A program made the translations under genes and the position numbers. A stretch of DNA of 63,052 nucleotides, filler included, from Folioceros fuciformis (taxonomy: Eukaryota): the NCBI GenBank assembly GCA_049999805.1. It is 25 parts of 25 records of this genome, joined end to end, with 100 filler letters (N's around TTAATTAATTAA, not from the genome) between each part and the next. Parts side by side here need not be neighbours in the genome. Positions count along the whole stretch, not along the records: positions 23,639 to 28,346 come from JBNGIO010000332.1; positions 28,447 to 30,688 come from JBNGIO010000333.1; positions 30,789 to 31,987 come from JBNGIO010000334.1; positions 32,088 to 33,269 come from JBNGIO010000335.1; positions 33,370 to 35,272 come from JBNGIO010000336.1; 20 more parts are not named here. One strand, given 5' to 3'. Each line of letters opens with the position of its first letter. The first letter of the stretch is position 1. Positions 23,539 through 35,372 of this stretch are shown here, one piece after another. The notes under the pieces were generated by a model. The model was given only the letters and a program-made list of their open reading frames with translations, had not been told where the DNA came from and did no database searches.

Positions 23539-23638
23539 NNNNNNNNNNNNNNNNNNNNNNNNNNNNNNNNNNNNNNNNNNNNTTAATTAATTAANNNNNN
23601 NNNNNNNNNNNNNNNNNNNNNNNNNNNNNNNNNNNNNN

Positions 23639-24181
23639 TCAAAATGCTGTAGTCTCCATGTAGGGTGTGTCAGCACTCGTTTTTCCTGCACCTCCCGTCA
23701 TTCTGAACCACCTGTTTCATGCTCTCCGCACTTTTGTAAACAGCACGACTGCCAACCTCGCTTCACTAAGCATAAACAGGATTTGCCGCCTATTTACATT
23801 CAGCGATTGGAATCCACTCTCCACAAACTCAGGGTCTTAGAGAAAGATGTCCATAAACATCTCTGCAAATCCAAATCAGAGAACATCTCATTTAGGCAGC
23901 AATTAGGTCGGTTAGAAAAGTGAGTCCAACAATTGACAATTACATTGCAGGAATCCTCTCAAGAAACATATGCATATTCCCTTTCGACCCCACTTGTCTC
24001 AAGCGTAGATCCAGTGGTGTCCCTTGTTCATGATCTGCAACCTGAGTCATCAAAAACACAAAGGCCCTATACGCCACTGCCAGAACCAGCCATGCTTGGA
24101 TCCTGCACCCCAATTCCAGAACCCATAGAGTTCATACTTGAAGGTATTGCCTCCCACTTGCGCAATACCACTGCCGTCTAG
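23639..24181 (+). pseudogene. Extra ORF upstream of gag (Cys/His-rich plus coiled-coil-like), 5' truncated
   Basis: Frame open from contig start to TAG at 24179 except one TGA at 23921; IQRLESTLHKLRVLEKDV...FRQQLGRLEK*VQQLTITLQE. Confidence 0.42.
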
Positions 24182-24256
24182 TGAGACGGTGCATCTGCAA
24201 CCTGGTTCCTGCACCCAATCACCACATTGCGTTAGGATCTAAACAACGCAATAAGA

Positions 24257-27200
24257 ATGTCAATCAAAATCGAGTTCAAGGACAGGGACAGGTTCAATGG
24301 ATCAGACTTTGCAGTCTGGCAGATGCGGATGATAGCAATTTTTGAAGAGCACGAGCTTATGAACATCGTAGATGGCTCACTTGGACTTCCTTCGTCCAAC
24401 CCAATACCACCTACAGGACAACTTGTAGTCGATGTTATTTCAGCCTGGCATAAAAAGGACAAGAAGGCCATAAATATCTTACTTTCAGCACTCGACAGAA
24501 ATATGATTCAGCACACGCAGGGACAAACGACTGCGCATGATGTCTGGAAAGTTTTTCTCGATATGTTTGCGGCCAAGGACTCTATGTCTCTTATAAACTG
24601 TACACGTATGTTTTACTCACTTCGAATGAAAGAAACTGAAACAGTGGAACATCATCTCCACCGTTTTCGTACCTTGCGGGCTCGTTTGGCTGCAGCAGGA
24701 GAAATCTTGACCGAGTTGAAGGCAGCTACTGTTCTGTTGACGTCCTTACCACCAAGTTTCAGGACGTTTGTTAGTTCACAATCAACCTTGTTAAGACAAC
24801 TGGGTTCATCTGTAACTCTATCGGAGGTCATCGGAGCTCTACTGGAAGAGGAATCCAGTAGGATTGGGACTGGAAGACCGTCTACATCAAATCAACAGCA
24901 TGTGTTATATACCTCTCGCAACCGAGGCAGAGGTAGAGGACGAGGACAGAATTTTGCTCCTCGACGTCCATATCTAGGACACCAAAACACTTATACTCCT
25001 CGCAGAGTTAAAGGCCCATGTAACTGGTGCCGTATCCCAAGGCATTTTGAGAATGAATGCCGTAAGAAACTTGCAGGCGAGCCTCGTCAACCTGCAGTAC
25101 AAGTCGAAACACATGTAGCTATTAGACCATCACCGACAAACAATAGCAACAAGCCTCCGACGATACTAGCAATATGTTTATCTCTTACCAGAGCTGCCGC
25201 GAATATGTGGTTCCTCGACTCCGGAGCCACTAATCATGTCTGCCAATCACGGGACATGTTCTCTACTTATACCTCCTCCCAAACAAGTCAGTTCGTGTTA
25301 TTGGGAGATGACAGTGGTCTGTCCATCCAGGGGATAGGTGAGATTCCACTACACCTAAATCATGGCCACAGCATATTGCTCACAGGGGTACTACATGTCC
25401 CTAGTATGACGAAGAATCTGCTTTCTGTTCACAAATTGACTTATGATCATAGCCTGCAGATCATTTTTACCCCTTTCTCCTGTACAGTCTCACCAGTTTC
25501 ACAACCTTCTCTAACGTTGGCAAACGGTTTCCCATATCATGACCTTTACCACCTGCACGTAACCACGAATGATAGTAAGTCCCAGAAACAACATGCACAA
25601 CAAACCTTTGTTGCAGACGCTAGACCTGAAGTGAGTCCCACTTTCCTTTGGCATTGGAGGCTGGGTCACCCTAGCCTAGCATACCTTGATCGTGTCGTGC
25701 AGCATAAGGACTTGTACAAGGATGGACTTACCCTTAAACCTGATGCCACTTTGTTTTGTGAAAGCTGTCAAATAGGGAAACTCACACAAAAGCCATATAA
25801 TGACCCTTTACCAACTAGAGCGACCTCTTTGTTAGAAGTGGTCCACTCGGATGTGTGCGGTCCTATGTCCACTCAGTCTTTTGGTGGCGCAGTTTATTTC
25901 CTATCTTTCCTAGACGAGTGGAGTCACTTCTGCAAGTTATATTTCCTGCACAGCCGACAACAAGTATTCAGCAAGTTTTGCGAATACACAGCTATGGCAG
26001 AAACACAGACGGGGTGTAAGATCAAGCGTCTTCGGACAGATAATGCTAAGGAATACCTCAGTTCCGAGTTTTCGGACTTCTGTAAATCAAAAGGCATTGT
26101 GCACCAGTTGACAGTGCCATATCATCCTCCGCAGAATCCTTTTGCCGAGCGCTATAACAGGACACTACAAGAAAGGACAAGGGCTACACTTACACTGGCT
26201 GGCCTAACCCGGGGCTATTGGGCTGAAGCGGTAGATTCTATTAACTATGTAGCAAATCGCCTTCCACTGAAGCCCTTATTCAATATTACGCCTTTTGAGC
26301 GATGGACTGGACACAAGCCCCGCATAAGCCACCTCCGGATTTTTGGCGCTGTGGCATACGCCTATGTACCTGCAGACAAACGTTATAAGATGGATAACAT
26401 GGCTACAAAACATGTCTTCGTTGGCTACTCCGACCACATCAAGGGTTACAAGTTATACAATCCCGTCACTAGGGACTTATCAATTGCTCGCAGTGTGAGT
26501 TTCAATGAAACTTTTGTTCTTCAGTCACACTCACGCACAAGCTCAAGTCATGAACCCTTACTTGTATCCTCTGTCTACAGCATTACTCCAGCAGATTATT
26601 TCTCTGATCAGCCTATCCAGTCAGACCTGGAGGACACCTCTTTTGTTCTTTCTGACTATGACTCTGAAGAAGCACAAGTCACAGTACCTTCTACCCTGGA
26701 TAATCCACAGCCAGCGTCGACGAACAGCTTGAACGATGGCCTCCCACTTGCCGAGATAAACATGCCTTTGCCTGAGAGGGATGATCTAGGTCTTACAGAA
26801 GCCACTGATCCGGGAGCTCCAGAGCAAATGAATATACCTTTTCGTCGTTCTTCACGTCCTCATCGTCTTCGTTCAGCCTGGCTAGACCCCCCTTACGAGC
26901 CTGGTGATTCCTTAGTCTCCCGGTCTACTGTTGACGTCAGTGTTTTCGATAGCTCACATGTCAGCCTAGCCCAAGTGTCTCAGCACACAGCCATGACCAT
27001 TATGGAACATCCTGACACGCCACTCACATACAAGGAAGCTCTCAGTTCCCCACATAAACATGACTGGCAGAAAGCAATAGATAGCGAGTACAAATCCTTG
27101 ATGGATAACCACACTTGGCGACTGGTTAAATTACCAGCTGGGAGGAGAGCCATTACCAGCAAATGGGTCTTCAAGTTGAAGCTACATCCTGATGGGTCTG

Positions 27201-28346
27201 TTGCAAGGTACAAGGCCCGCCTTGTTGCTCGTGGCTACACCCAAGTGCAAGGTCTTGATTACAACGAAACGTTTAGCCATGTCATAAAGCCCACATCAAT
27301 GCATATACTACTATGTTTTGCCATACAACAGGGACTTCTTGTCCATCAGATGGACGTCAAAACAGCCTTTTTAAATGGCCCTTTAGATGAAACTATCTAT
27401 ATGGAGCAGCCAGAGGGTTATGTGTTTGATCCTGACCTTGTCTGTGAACTCCTTAAATCCATTTACGGTTTGAAGCAGTCAGCTCGTGTCTGGAACGGCC
27501 GGGCTGATGCGAAACTTCGTGCACTTGGTTTCCAGCCAATCACTGCCAACTCTAGTGTTTATATTCTGCACAGGGAAAACCAGTTGTGCATTATAGCATT
27601 ATATGTGGATGATAACTTCATATTCGCCAGTGATGATGGGATACTTACGTATATCAAACAGCAGCTTTCTGAAGAATGGGATATGACGGATGTCGGCCCT
27701 TTACGTTTTGCTCTAGGGATTCAGTTCTTCTTCGACCCCACAGCACACTCGGTTACCTTGTCCCAGGAACACTTCATCCGCCAGATCTTGACCAAGTTCA
27801 CATTGCAGAATATCAATCCTGTGTCAACTCCTTCTGCATCCGGCGAAAAATTATCTCCGGCAGACTGCCCTACTACAGCATCGGAAAAGGCTGAGATGTC
27901 AATGATACCTTATCGGGAAGTTGTCGGCAGCTTACTGTACTTGGCCAGTTGGACTCGGCCCGACATCTCACATGCTACTGGACTTGTCTCACGTTTCCTG
28001 TCTAACCTAGGGAAACGACATTGGGTGGCAGTCAAACGAATCCTCCGTTACCTGAAGGGAACTAGTAATCGTTGTTTGAAGTATACCAAGGCAAATAATT
28101 TTTATCTTACCAGTTACTCTGACGCAGATTGGGCTGGAGACATTGACAGTAGGAGGTCGAATGCTGCATACTGTACCCTTTTGTGCGGCTCCGCCATCAG
28201 TTGGCAGAGCAAGAAGCTCTCCACTATTAGCCTCTCATCTACTGAGGCCGAGTACAGTGCACTCTCCCTAGCAGCTTGCGAAATAACCTGGATAAGACAG
28301 TTTCTTTTAGACATCAATATGGAGCAGCAACGGCCAACTATATTAC
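24257..28346 (+). mobile_element. Ty1/copia Gag-Pol polyprotein, uninterrupted ORF (gag, CCHC, protease, integrase, RT, RNase H), 3' truncated by gap
   Basis: WFLDSGAT, LWHWRLGH, HSDVCGP, TDNAKEY, KARLVARG, QMDVKTAFLNG, LYVDD, YSDADWAG, SSTEAEY; INT precedes RT. Confidence 0.97.
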
Positions 28347-28446
28347 NNNNNNNNNNNNNNNNNNNNNNNNNNNNNNNNNNNNNNNNNNNNTTAATTAATT
28401 AANNNNNNNNNNNNNNNNNNNNNNNNNNNNNNNNNNNNNNNNNNNN

Positions 28447-30171
28447 AAGCCCAGGAAGAGGATGGTGCCACAAAAGAAGACTCCTGCCAAGAGGAAAAGG
28501 ACCAGAGGACAAAGTGTGAGCATGGGGGCTGATCAGGAGGAAGGGGGGACAGCCCTGGAGCATACGGGTCAGCAGGAGGCAGAACGAGAACTAGCTGTCC
28601 AGGGAATCAAGGACCGAAGGTTGGAGGAGCAAGGTCAAGGTGGGACAAGACCTGAGGAGCCACCGGATTAGGTGATGGCAGCCGACACAGTTTCCTCCAG
28701 ACAGGAGGATAAGTTAGGGCACGTTTCAGCACAGGAGGGTTCCTCAAGGTGAAAGGACATTTTCAGGTGCAGGCCTCAGAGAGACAGGTTGTACGTAGGG
28801 GACCTGGACAAGTTGCGAGAATTCCTGGGCAAACAAATCACGGCGAGAGGAATGGGCACGGGAGGGGTGCAGGAGGTGGACCTACCTGGGCTGACTGCTG
28901 CGATGGTGCAGGCCCAAGCAGACCTCCTGGATCAGGTTGCTAGGGCCCTGACCTGGTTAAGTGTACAAGCGGAGCGAGAGGCCGAGGCTTGGGGAAAGGA
29001 GGAGAAGGCTCGTGAACGAGAGGCTGAAGCAAGGAGGCAACTGCCGGAGTCGGAGATGGCGCGGCAACTGCTGGAGGAGAAGCAACGGGTCCTGGACAGG
29101 GAGAAGGCTCAAGCCGAGGAAGAGGTGCGTGAAGCGAGGGCTGAAGTGCAGGCGCTGAAAGAGCAACAGGGGACCCTGCTAGCTCAGGTGAGGGAGGGTC
29201 ACGAGACTAACCTGGAGATGCAACAAGAAATGGCCAGGGCACAGGAGATGGAGATAGCCGCTATGGAGCAGGCTCAGAAGTTGGCTGATAGATACAAGCG
29301 GGAGCGGGATGAGGCCAGAGAGAGATTGAAGGGGAAGAGCAAGGCTGGGCGTCCGAGTCAGTCGGCGACCCTAGTAGCAGAAGGGGCTACCGGGAGCCGA
29401 ACCAGGGGAACGGTAGTCGAGGGGACTACCGGTAGTCGGGTAGCCGATGGGGCTACCGGCGGCCCAGCAAGGCCCAGGATAGCTGAAAAACCAACCCTGG
29501 AAACGAAGGAGGAAGCAGTAGGGGCGCCTGCCCCTAGGCGCTCCAGGAGGGTGACCCGTACCAGGAGGATAGAGCCAGAGGAGGCAACAGCTGGGCAGGC
29601 AGAGAACCTTCAGGTACCCCAGCAGGAGGGGGAGTAGGCAACCCGAGGTAGCCCAAGAGAGGACGGGGTAAGCACCTGTGTTATGACAAAAGGTCGGATT
29701 GTGCTGCAGTATGAGGAGGAGGCCTCCTATGTGCCAGGCCTGTATGTAGAAGGGGCTAGGGTTTTGAAGCTGTTTCTGTATGTACGTATGGGCACAGGAG
29801 GGACACGGGGCTACGGCCTACAGTTGAGGACGCGCCTGGGACTCTACCACTACAGCTGGTGGGTGACAGGAGTGCCCCACTGCTATGCGGAGGCAATTCT
29901 AGAGGAACTGACGAAAGAGGAGGCCCAGCGCTGGGTAGAACGGGGGCCTGTGGCTGTCGTCAGCAACCAGAGAAGGAGGAGGAGTGGTGGACCACAACGG
30001 CAGGACCCACCTGCGCCGCCAGCTAGGTCCAGCAGTAGCAGCAGTGATGTGGAGATCCTCTGGGAGGATCTGCCGGACCAACGGAGGGGCAGAAGAGCGA
30101 GAGGAGGAGCTGCAAGGGGTGATGCGCGAGGGCCAAGAGGAAGCCGCCAGCGGCGTGGGAAAGGGCGATAG
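28447..30171 (+). pseudogene. Long coiled-coil ORF of unknown function, repeat-borne, with three in-frame stops
   Basis: ORFs 28462, 28789 and 29683 share one frame; second copy at 55102-56169 has CAG where this copy has TAG (29635). Confidence 0.6.
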
Positions 30172-30233
30172 TAAATGCAGGCTAGAATAGGATTTTTTTA
30201 GCGTGCTTTATTTGGACCTAAGTCGCTCAGAAT

Positions 30234-30688
30234 TTAAGAGTGCAGCTCCCCTGCCTGACAGACTTTATGGCGGAAAAAACCGCCATCACCGTGTACAAGA
30301 AGCCGGTTTGAAGGTCTAAGGAATGAGCAAGAACCAGCCAAACAGTCGACCTTGCAGGGACCTAGCGATGGCCGTTGCTGGACAGGAGGTCCAGGCAAGC
30401 GAGCGCACGTAGCAACCTGGGGTGCGGGTGTAGGTGGTGGGCACTCCGTGATCAGGTCCGGGGACGAATCGGGAGGAGGAGCCTCGCCGAGTGGGAGAGA
30501 AGCTCCCCAGCTATCCTCGAGATGGTCACGTGGGGTGGTGCGGGTGCCGGAGCCGAATCCGTGAGTTCGGAGTGGAAAGAACTCCTCTTCCCTTAGCCCC
30601 GGTACCTCACCATTCCTCAACGTCAATAGGAGCCCAGGAGGGGCATCGCTGAGAAAGAAGACTGAAGAACCAGAGAAAGGAGAGCGCG
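30234..30688 (-). CDS. Convergent antisense ORF of unknown function (Pro-rich, Cys/His C-terminus)
   Basis: Open for more than 130 codons; homologous frame at 56263-56700 has TAG stops; no ATG found. Confidence 0.3.
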
Positions 30689-30788
30689 NNNNNNNNNNNN
30701 NNNNNNNNNNNNNNNNNNNNNNNNNNNNNNNNTTAATTAATTAANNNNNNNNNNNNNNNNNNNNNNNNNNNNNNNNNNNNNNNNNNNN

Positions 30789-31104
30789 CTTCCTGCCATC
30801 CAGTCTCATGCCATACCAATGCCCTCCACGTCTGTCATTGATAGCCTCGCAAAAAAACGGGTCACAACGAATATTCTGTGAAGATCCAACCCTAGGGAAC
30901 AGGAAACCTATATGACAAATTTACAGAGTGTGAACATGAAAACGAAGAGTTGTGGTGTTTTTTCTAAGTCCCTTTGGTGCGGAGTCTGGTTTACCAAAAG
31001 GGACACGAAAAATATAGGCATCAAAAGGGAATACTCGGGTAGATACCTCATGGGAAAGCATTAAAAAATGTATAGTGAGAGAGTGTCACCTTTGGTATGC
31101 CATA
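30789..31104 (-). mobile_element. TATGGC-TIR element, partial copy
   Basis: Reverse complement of about 16222-16570; ends ...CCTTTGGTATGCCATA. Confidence 0.85.
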
Positions 31105-31324
31105 GGTCTGCCTCCAATTGTACTCAAGTTACCTTAGCTATCGTAAACATGAAGGCGAGCACCCTGCTGCCTCAATGACATGCGCCGGTCGGAATGTTGT
31201 GCACCAACGATCGTATCAGGGAGCTTAGGATCAACGGTTGTACTGTCAAGTTCGGCCTAGACGCCTGGCGCCACAACTCCACCCTCTCCAAACTTGAGTT
31301 GTTCCACTATGACGATGACGAGTC
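31105..31324 (+). pseudogene. Possible LRR (RNI-like) gene remnant
   Basis: LCTNDRIRELRI...WRHNSTLSKLEL resembles the L..N.TL..L.L repeat. Confidence 0.3.
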
Positions 31325-31716
31325 TATGGCATGCCAAAGCGGACACTCTCTCACTATACATTTTTTAATGCTTTCCTATGGGGTATCTACCCAAATATTC
31401 CCTTTTGATGCCTACATTTTTCATGTCCGTTTTGGTGAACCGACCAAACCGGACTCCGCACCAAAGGGGACATGGCTCAACGGTTATAACTCGTTTTGGG
31501 CTGGATGTCAGGCGGCCTTAGGGCAGAAAGCCCAAACACCGTCAATAACCATGGGTGGGGGCGCGACTGTGCTTGGGCACGGTTTGCTTGCAAAGTGCAA
31601 GCATGTCCTATTTGGTTTTGGCTCTAAAACTCGGGTACGCGCCAAAGGGGACGCATAACCCTTGTGTATGTAAAAAAACCTAGAGAGAGGGGGCGTGTCC
31701 CCTTTGGCATGCCATA
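31325..31716 (+). mobile_element. TATGGC-TIR element, complete 392-bp variant, TSD CGAGTC/TGAGTC
   Basis: TATGGCATGCCAAAG...CTTTGGCATGCCATA; flanks differ by one CpG transition. Confidence 0.88.
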
Positions 31717-31813
31717 TGAGTCTTTACAACTGAATTTTGGATGTCGTTTCTAGATTACAAATCATTATGTATCCTAACTTTGGAAAACCCCGCTTCCATG
31801 AAAGGGTGCCTCC

Positions 31814-31987
31814 TATGGCATACCAAGGACACTCTCTCACTATACATTTTTTAAGGGTTGCCCATGGGGTATCTACCCGAATATTCTCTTTTGATGCCTA
31901 CATTTTTTCTTGTCTGTTTTAGTAAACCAACCAAACCCGCACCAAAGGGGACACAGAAAAAACACCACAACTCTTTTGTTTTCATGT
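31814..31987 (+). mobile_element. TATGGC-TIR element, partial copy
   Basis: TATGGCATACCAAGGACACTCTCTCACTATACATTTTTT matches 16222 onward. Confidence 0.85.
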
Positions 31988-32087
31988 NNNNNNNNNNNNN
32001 NNNNNNNNNNNNNNNNNNNNNNNNNNNNNNNTTAATTAATTAANNNNNNNNNNNNNNNNNNNNNNNNNNNNNNNNNNNNNNNNNNNN

Positions 32088-33195
32088 TCTTCAAGCTAGT
32101 CTGTGGCATGCACGCTTAGGTCATGTTAATAAGGCTAAGCTTAATTTGATGTCTCACTCAAACTGCTATCGTGAGAAACTGCCTCCTTGCTTCAAGCACC
32201 TTGCATCCTGCAGTGCATGTATTTTGTCAAAGCAGAAGGAGCTTCCCTTTAAGAATCACTTGGCTACTCGAGCTAAAGCAGTTTTGGAGTTGATGCATGC
32301 TGATTTAGCAGGAAAGCTTCCAATGAAATCACTTGGTGGGTCTGAATATTATCTCTCTCTTACCGATGATTTTTCACGCTATACATGGACTTTTCCTTTG
32401 CAGTTGAAGAGTGATGTTTTTGAGCATATTTCCTCTTGGATTCCTATGGTTCAAAGACAAACAGGGCATTTGGTTAAGTGTTTTCGCACGGATAATGGTG
32501 GAGAATTTATTGGACATAGGTTTGATGAGCTCTTTCAACAATATGGGATTATTCGCCAGTTCTCAGTTGCTTATACTCAACAACAAAATGGAGTAGCAGA
32601 GAGGAAGAATCAAACCTTGTTGGGGATGACGAGAAGTATGTTAGCTTGGGCATGACTTCCCAAATTGTTCTGGGCTGAAGCAGTCGTTGCAGCCACCTAT
32701 ATTTTGAATAGGATTGTAACTTCTGCTCTTCCAGGTCGTACTCCATATGAAGCTTTTTGGGGTCGCAAGCCTAGCCTTCTTCATCTCTATGTCTTTGGGT
32801 CCCCTGCTTTTGCATTCATTCCTGAAGCCAAGAGGGGGAAGTTAGATGCACGGTCTAAGCCTCTCATTTTCCTTGGCTACTCAGAAGAATCCAAAGCTTA
32901 TAAGTTGTTTGATTCTCACACTTCTAAAGTGACCTTGGCTAGGAGTGTTACTTTTAATGAGATAACGTCTCCATAACCTACTTCTTCCACCACCCTTTCT
33001 TCGAATTCATTAGACCTTTCAGGAGATGTGTTGGAGGATGATTGTGCTCCGGTTCAGATGGATTTTCCACAAACAGATGGCGTTTTAGAGAGTGCTCCAT
33101 TGCCTACATCTCCGCCTCCTGCACCTCCCGTGGGAGGTTATGTACCTGCTCCAGATGGACAAGATGATGCTCAGTCCACTTCTTCTCATGCTTCT
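32088..33195 (+). mobile_element. Ty1/copia integrase, same family as 594-2248
   Basis: CYREKLP.CFKHL, HADLAG, RTDNGGEF, QNGVAERKN. Confidence 0.92.
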
Positions 33196-33269
33196 TGTGA
33201 ACCTCCAAAGTTTGGGGTAGTAGTTTGTTTTGGTTGAAAAAGGGTTAATAGTGATATGGTTTGGTTTTC
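33196..33269 (+). repeat. LTR family A 5' terminus
   Basis: TGTGAACCTCCAAAG. Confidence 0.8.
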
Positions 33270-33369
33270 NNNNNNNNNNNNNNNNNNNNNNNNNNNNNNN
33301 NNNNNNNNNNNNNTTAATTAATTAANNNNNNNNNNNNNNNNNNNNNNNNNNNNNNNNNNNNNNNNNNNN

Positions 33370-33424
33370 TGGCCACTAAAGGTGGAACCCGTCGGCAATC
33401 AGTGCCCGGGGTTTTGCCTCCACA
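33370..33424 (+). repeat. LTR family D 3' terminus (...GCCCGGGGTTTTGCCTCCACA)
   Basis: Same end at 38462, 43222, 45494 and 58501. Confidence 0.8.
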
Positions 33425-35250
33425 GTGAGACATCCTCTGAGACGGAGGGGTACACTTCAGCTGAAGACACGAAAGGACAGGCAGATGAGGATGAAAGATT
33501 TCCATTTGCGCTTTTCTCGTGGTCGGAGGAAGAGAAGGATTACTAGCGGCAGCTACCTATGGTTAGTTGTTACAGGGTCACAGAGGCGGAAGCAGATGAG
33601 GAGACGGGGAAAGAAGAAATTTCCTTAGGGGAACGTGAGGTAGTCCCTTGGACTATTGCGGTGGCCCGAGGGGAACGGACGGTAGCCCAAGAGGGTACCA
33701 AGGTAGTCGGATCGGAAGGGATCAAAGAGGGTGATCTGGACATGAGGATTCCTAAGGATCAGGAGGGCGTCACGAGGATCACCTCTGAAGAGCTGTTCTG
33801 TGAATGGGGGATGAGGGAGGCAGAGCCCCGAAGGCCAGAGGAAGGGTTTGGTGTTACTTCAGCACCGATCGAACGAGAGTGGGTACAGGCGAATGAGATC
33901 AAGGATGTGGAGGTCCTGCGAGGAAAAATCCTTAAGTTCTCCACCAAGCTGGATGCGGTGCTGGAAGAAGGGATGAAGGACCTGCTGGCCGAGTTTATTG
34001 ATGTGTTTGCGTTTGATGTCACAGACATGAAGGGCATTCCCAAGGAGTGGGGAGAGCATAGGATTGAGCTGGAGCCAGGGGCAGTGCCTATGAGGATACC
34101 CCAGTATAAGTTGAACCCAAAGTACTACTCCCTGAAAGTAAAGGAACAGCTAGAGCTATACCTGAAGGCGGACATCATTTATCCCATTGTCACCTCTGAA
34201 TGGGTGGCACCAACTGTAGTGGTACCCAAGAAATAGCCCGGGAAAATTCGAGTATGCCAGGACTGGAGGAGGTTGAACAAGGTGACTCAAAAGGATTACT
34301 TTCCGTTACCTTTCATTGACAACATTTTGGACCTAGTGGCGGGGAAAATGACGTATTCCTTTTTGGACGGGGACTCAGGGTATAACCAGTTACATCTCCG
34401 AGAGAGCGACTGGCTGTTAACTGCCTTCACCACCGACTGGGGAACATACGCCTACAAGCGCATCGCATTTGGACTGACTGGAGCACCAGGGTCCTTCATG
34501 AGAACAATTGTCAAGATTTTTAAAGATTTACTACGAGACTTTATGGAAGTATTCCTGGACAATTTCTGTGTGTTTGGGTCAGCGGGGGAGCATCTACAGC
34601 ACCTAAGGAAATGCCTGGAGAGGTGTAGAGAGGCCAAGCTATGCCTCCACCCGGAAAAGTGTCATTTCGGGATGTCGGAAGGTATCTTGTTGGGGCATAG
34701 AATTTCGGCTAGAGGGATTGAGGTGGATCCTGACAAAGTAAACATCATTAAAGCACTCCGACCACCGACCACGCTAAAGGAGCTGAGGGGATTTCTTGGG
34801 ATGGTTGGATACTACAGGAGGTTCATCAAGAACTTCACTAAAAGAGCAGCGCCGTTGACCAGTTTGTTGAGGAATGATGAGGAATGGGTGTGGATGTCAA
34901 CACGGGAGGATGCGTTTCAGGATCTCAGGACCACGCTTGTAACTGCCCCAACGCTCAAAGGACCTGATTGGAGCAAGAAATTCCACGTATATGTCGACGT
35001 CTCAGCCTTTGCCATTGGGGTTGTGCTCAGCCAACGAGATGAGAAGAAGAGGGATCACCCAATTTATTATGCGGGGCGACAACTGAGAGAGGCAGAACGG
35101 AAATACTCAACCACGGAACAGGAAGCCCTGGGAATGGTGTATTCAGTCCAGAAATTTCGGCACTATCTGCTTTCCTACGAATTCGTGTTCCATGTGGATC
35201 ATTTCGCACTAAAGCATTTGGTGAACAAGGTAGATCTGTCAGGAAGGATA
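33425..35250 (+). mobile_element. Ty3/gypsy pol (RT-RNase H), non-chromovirus type, one in-frame stop
   Basis: DVFAF..TDMKGI, EWVAPTVVVPKK, KDYFPLPFID, FLDG.SGYNQ, FGL.GAP, VFLDN, HPIYYA, YSTTE.EAL. Confidence 0.93.
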
Positions 35251-35372
35251 GGGGAGGGGAGCAGGTGTGAGCNNNNNNNNNNNNNNNNNNNNNNNNNNNN
35301 NNNNNNNNNNNNNNNNTTAATTAATTAANNNNNNNNNNNNNNNNNNNNNNNNNNNNNNNNNNNNNNNNNNNN

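Noticed and set aside
29635..29637. In-frame TAG/TGA/TAA stops as U-to-C RNA editing or programmed readthrough
   Set aside because: Nuclear TE DNA; a paralog has CAG, so mutational decay is sufficient
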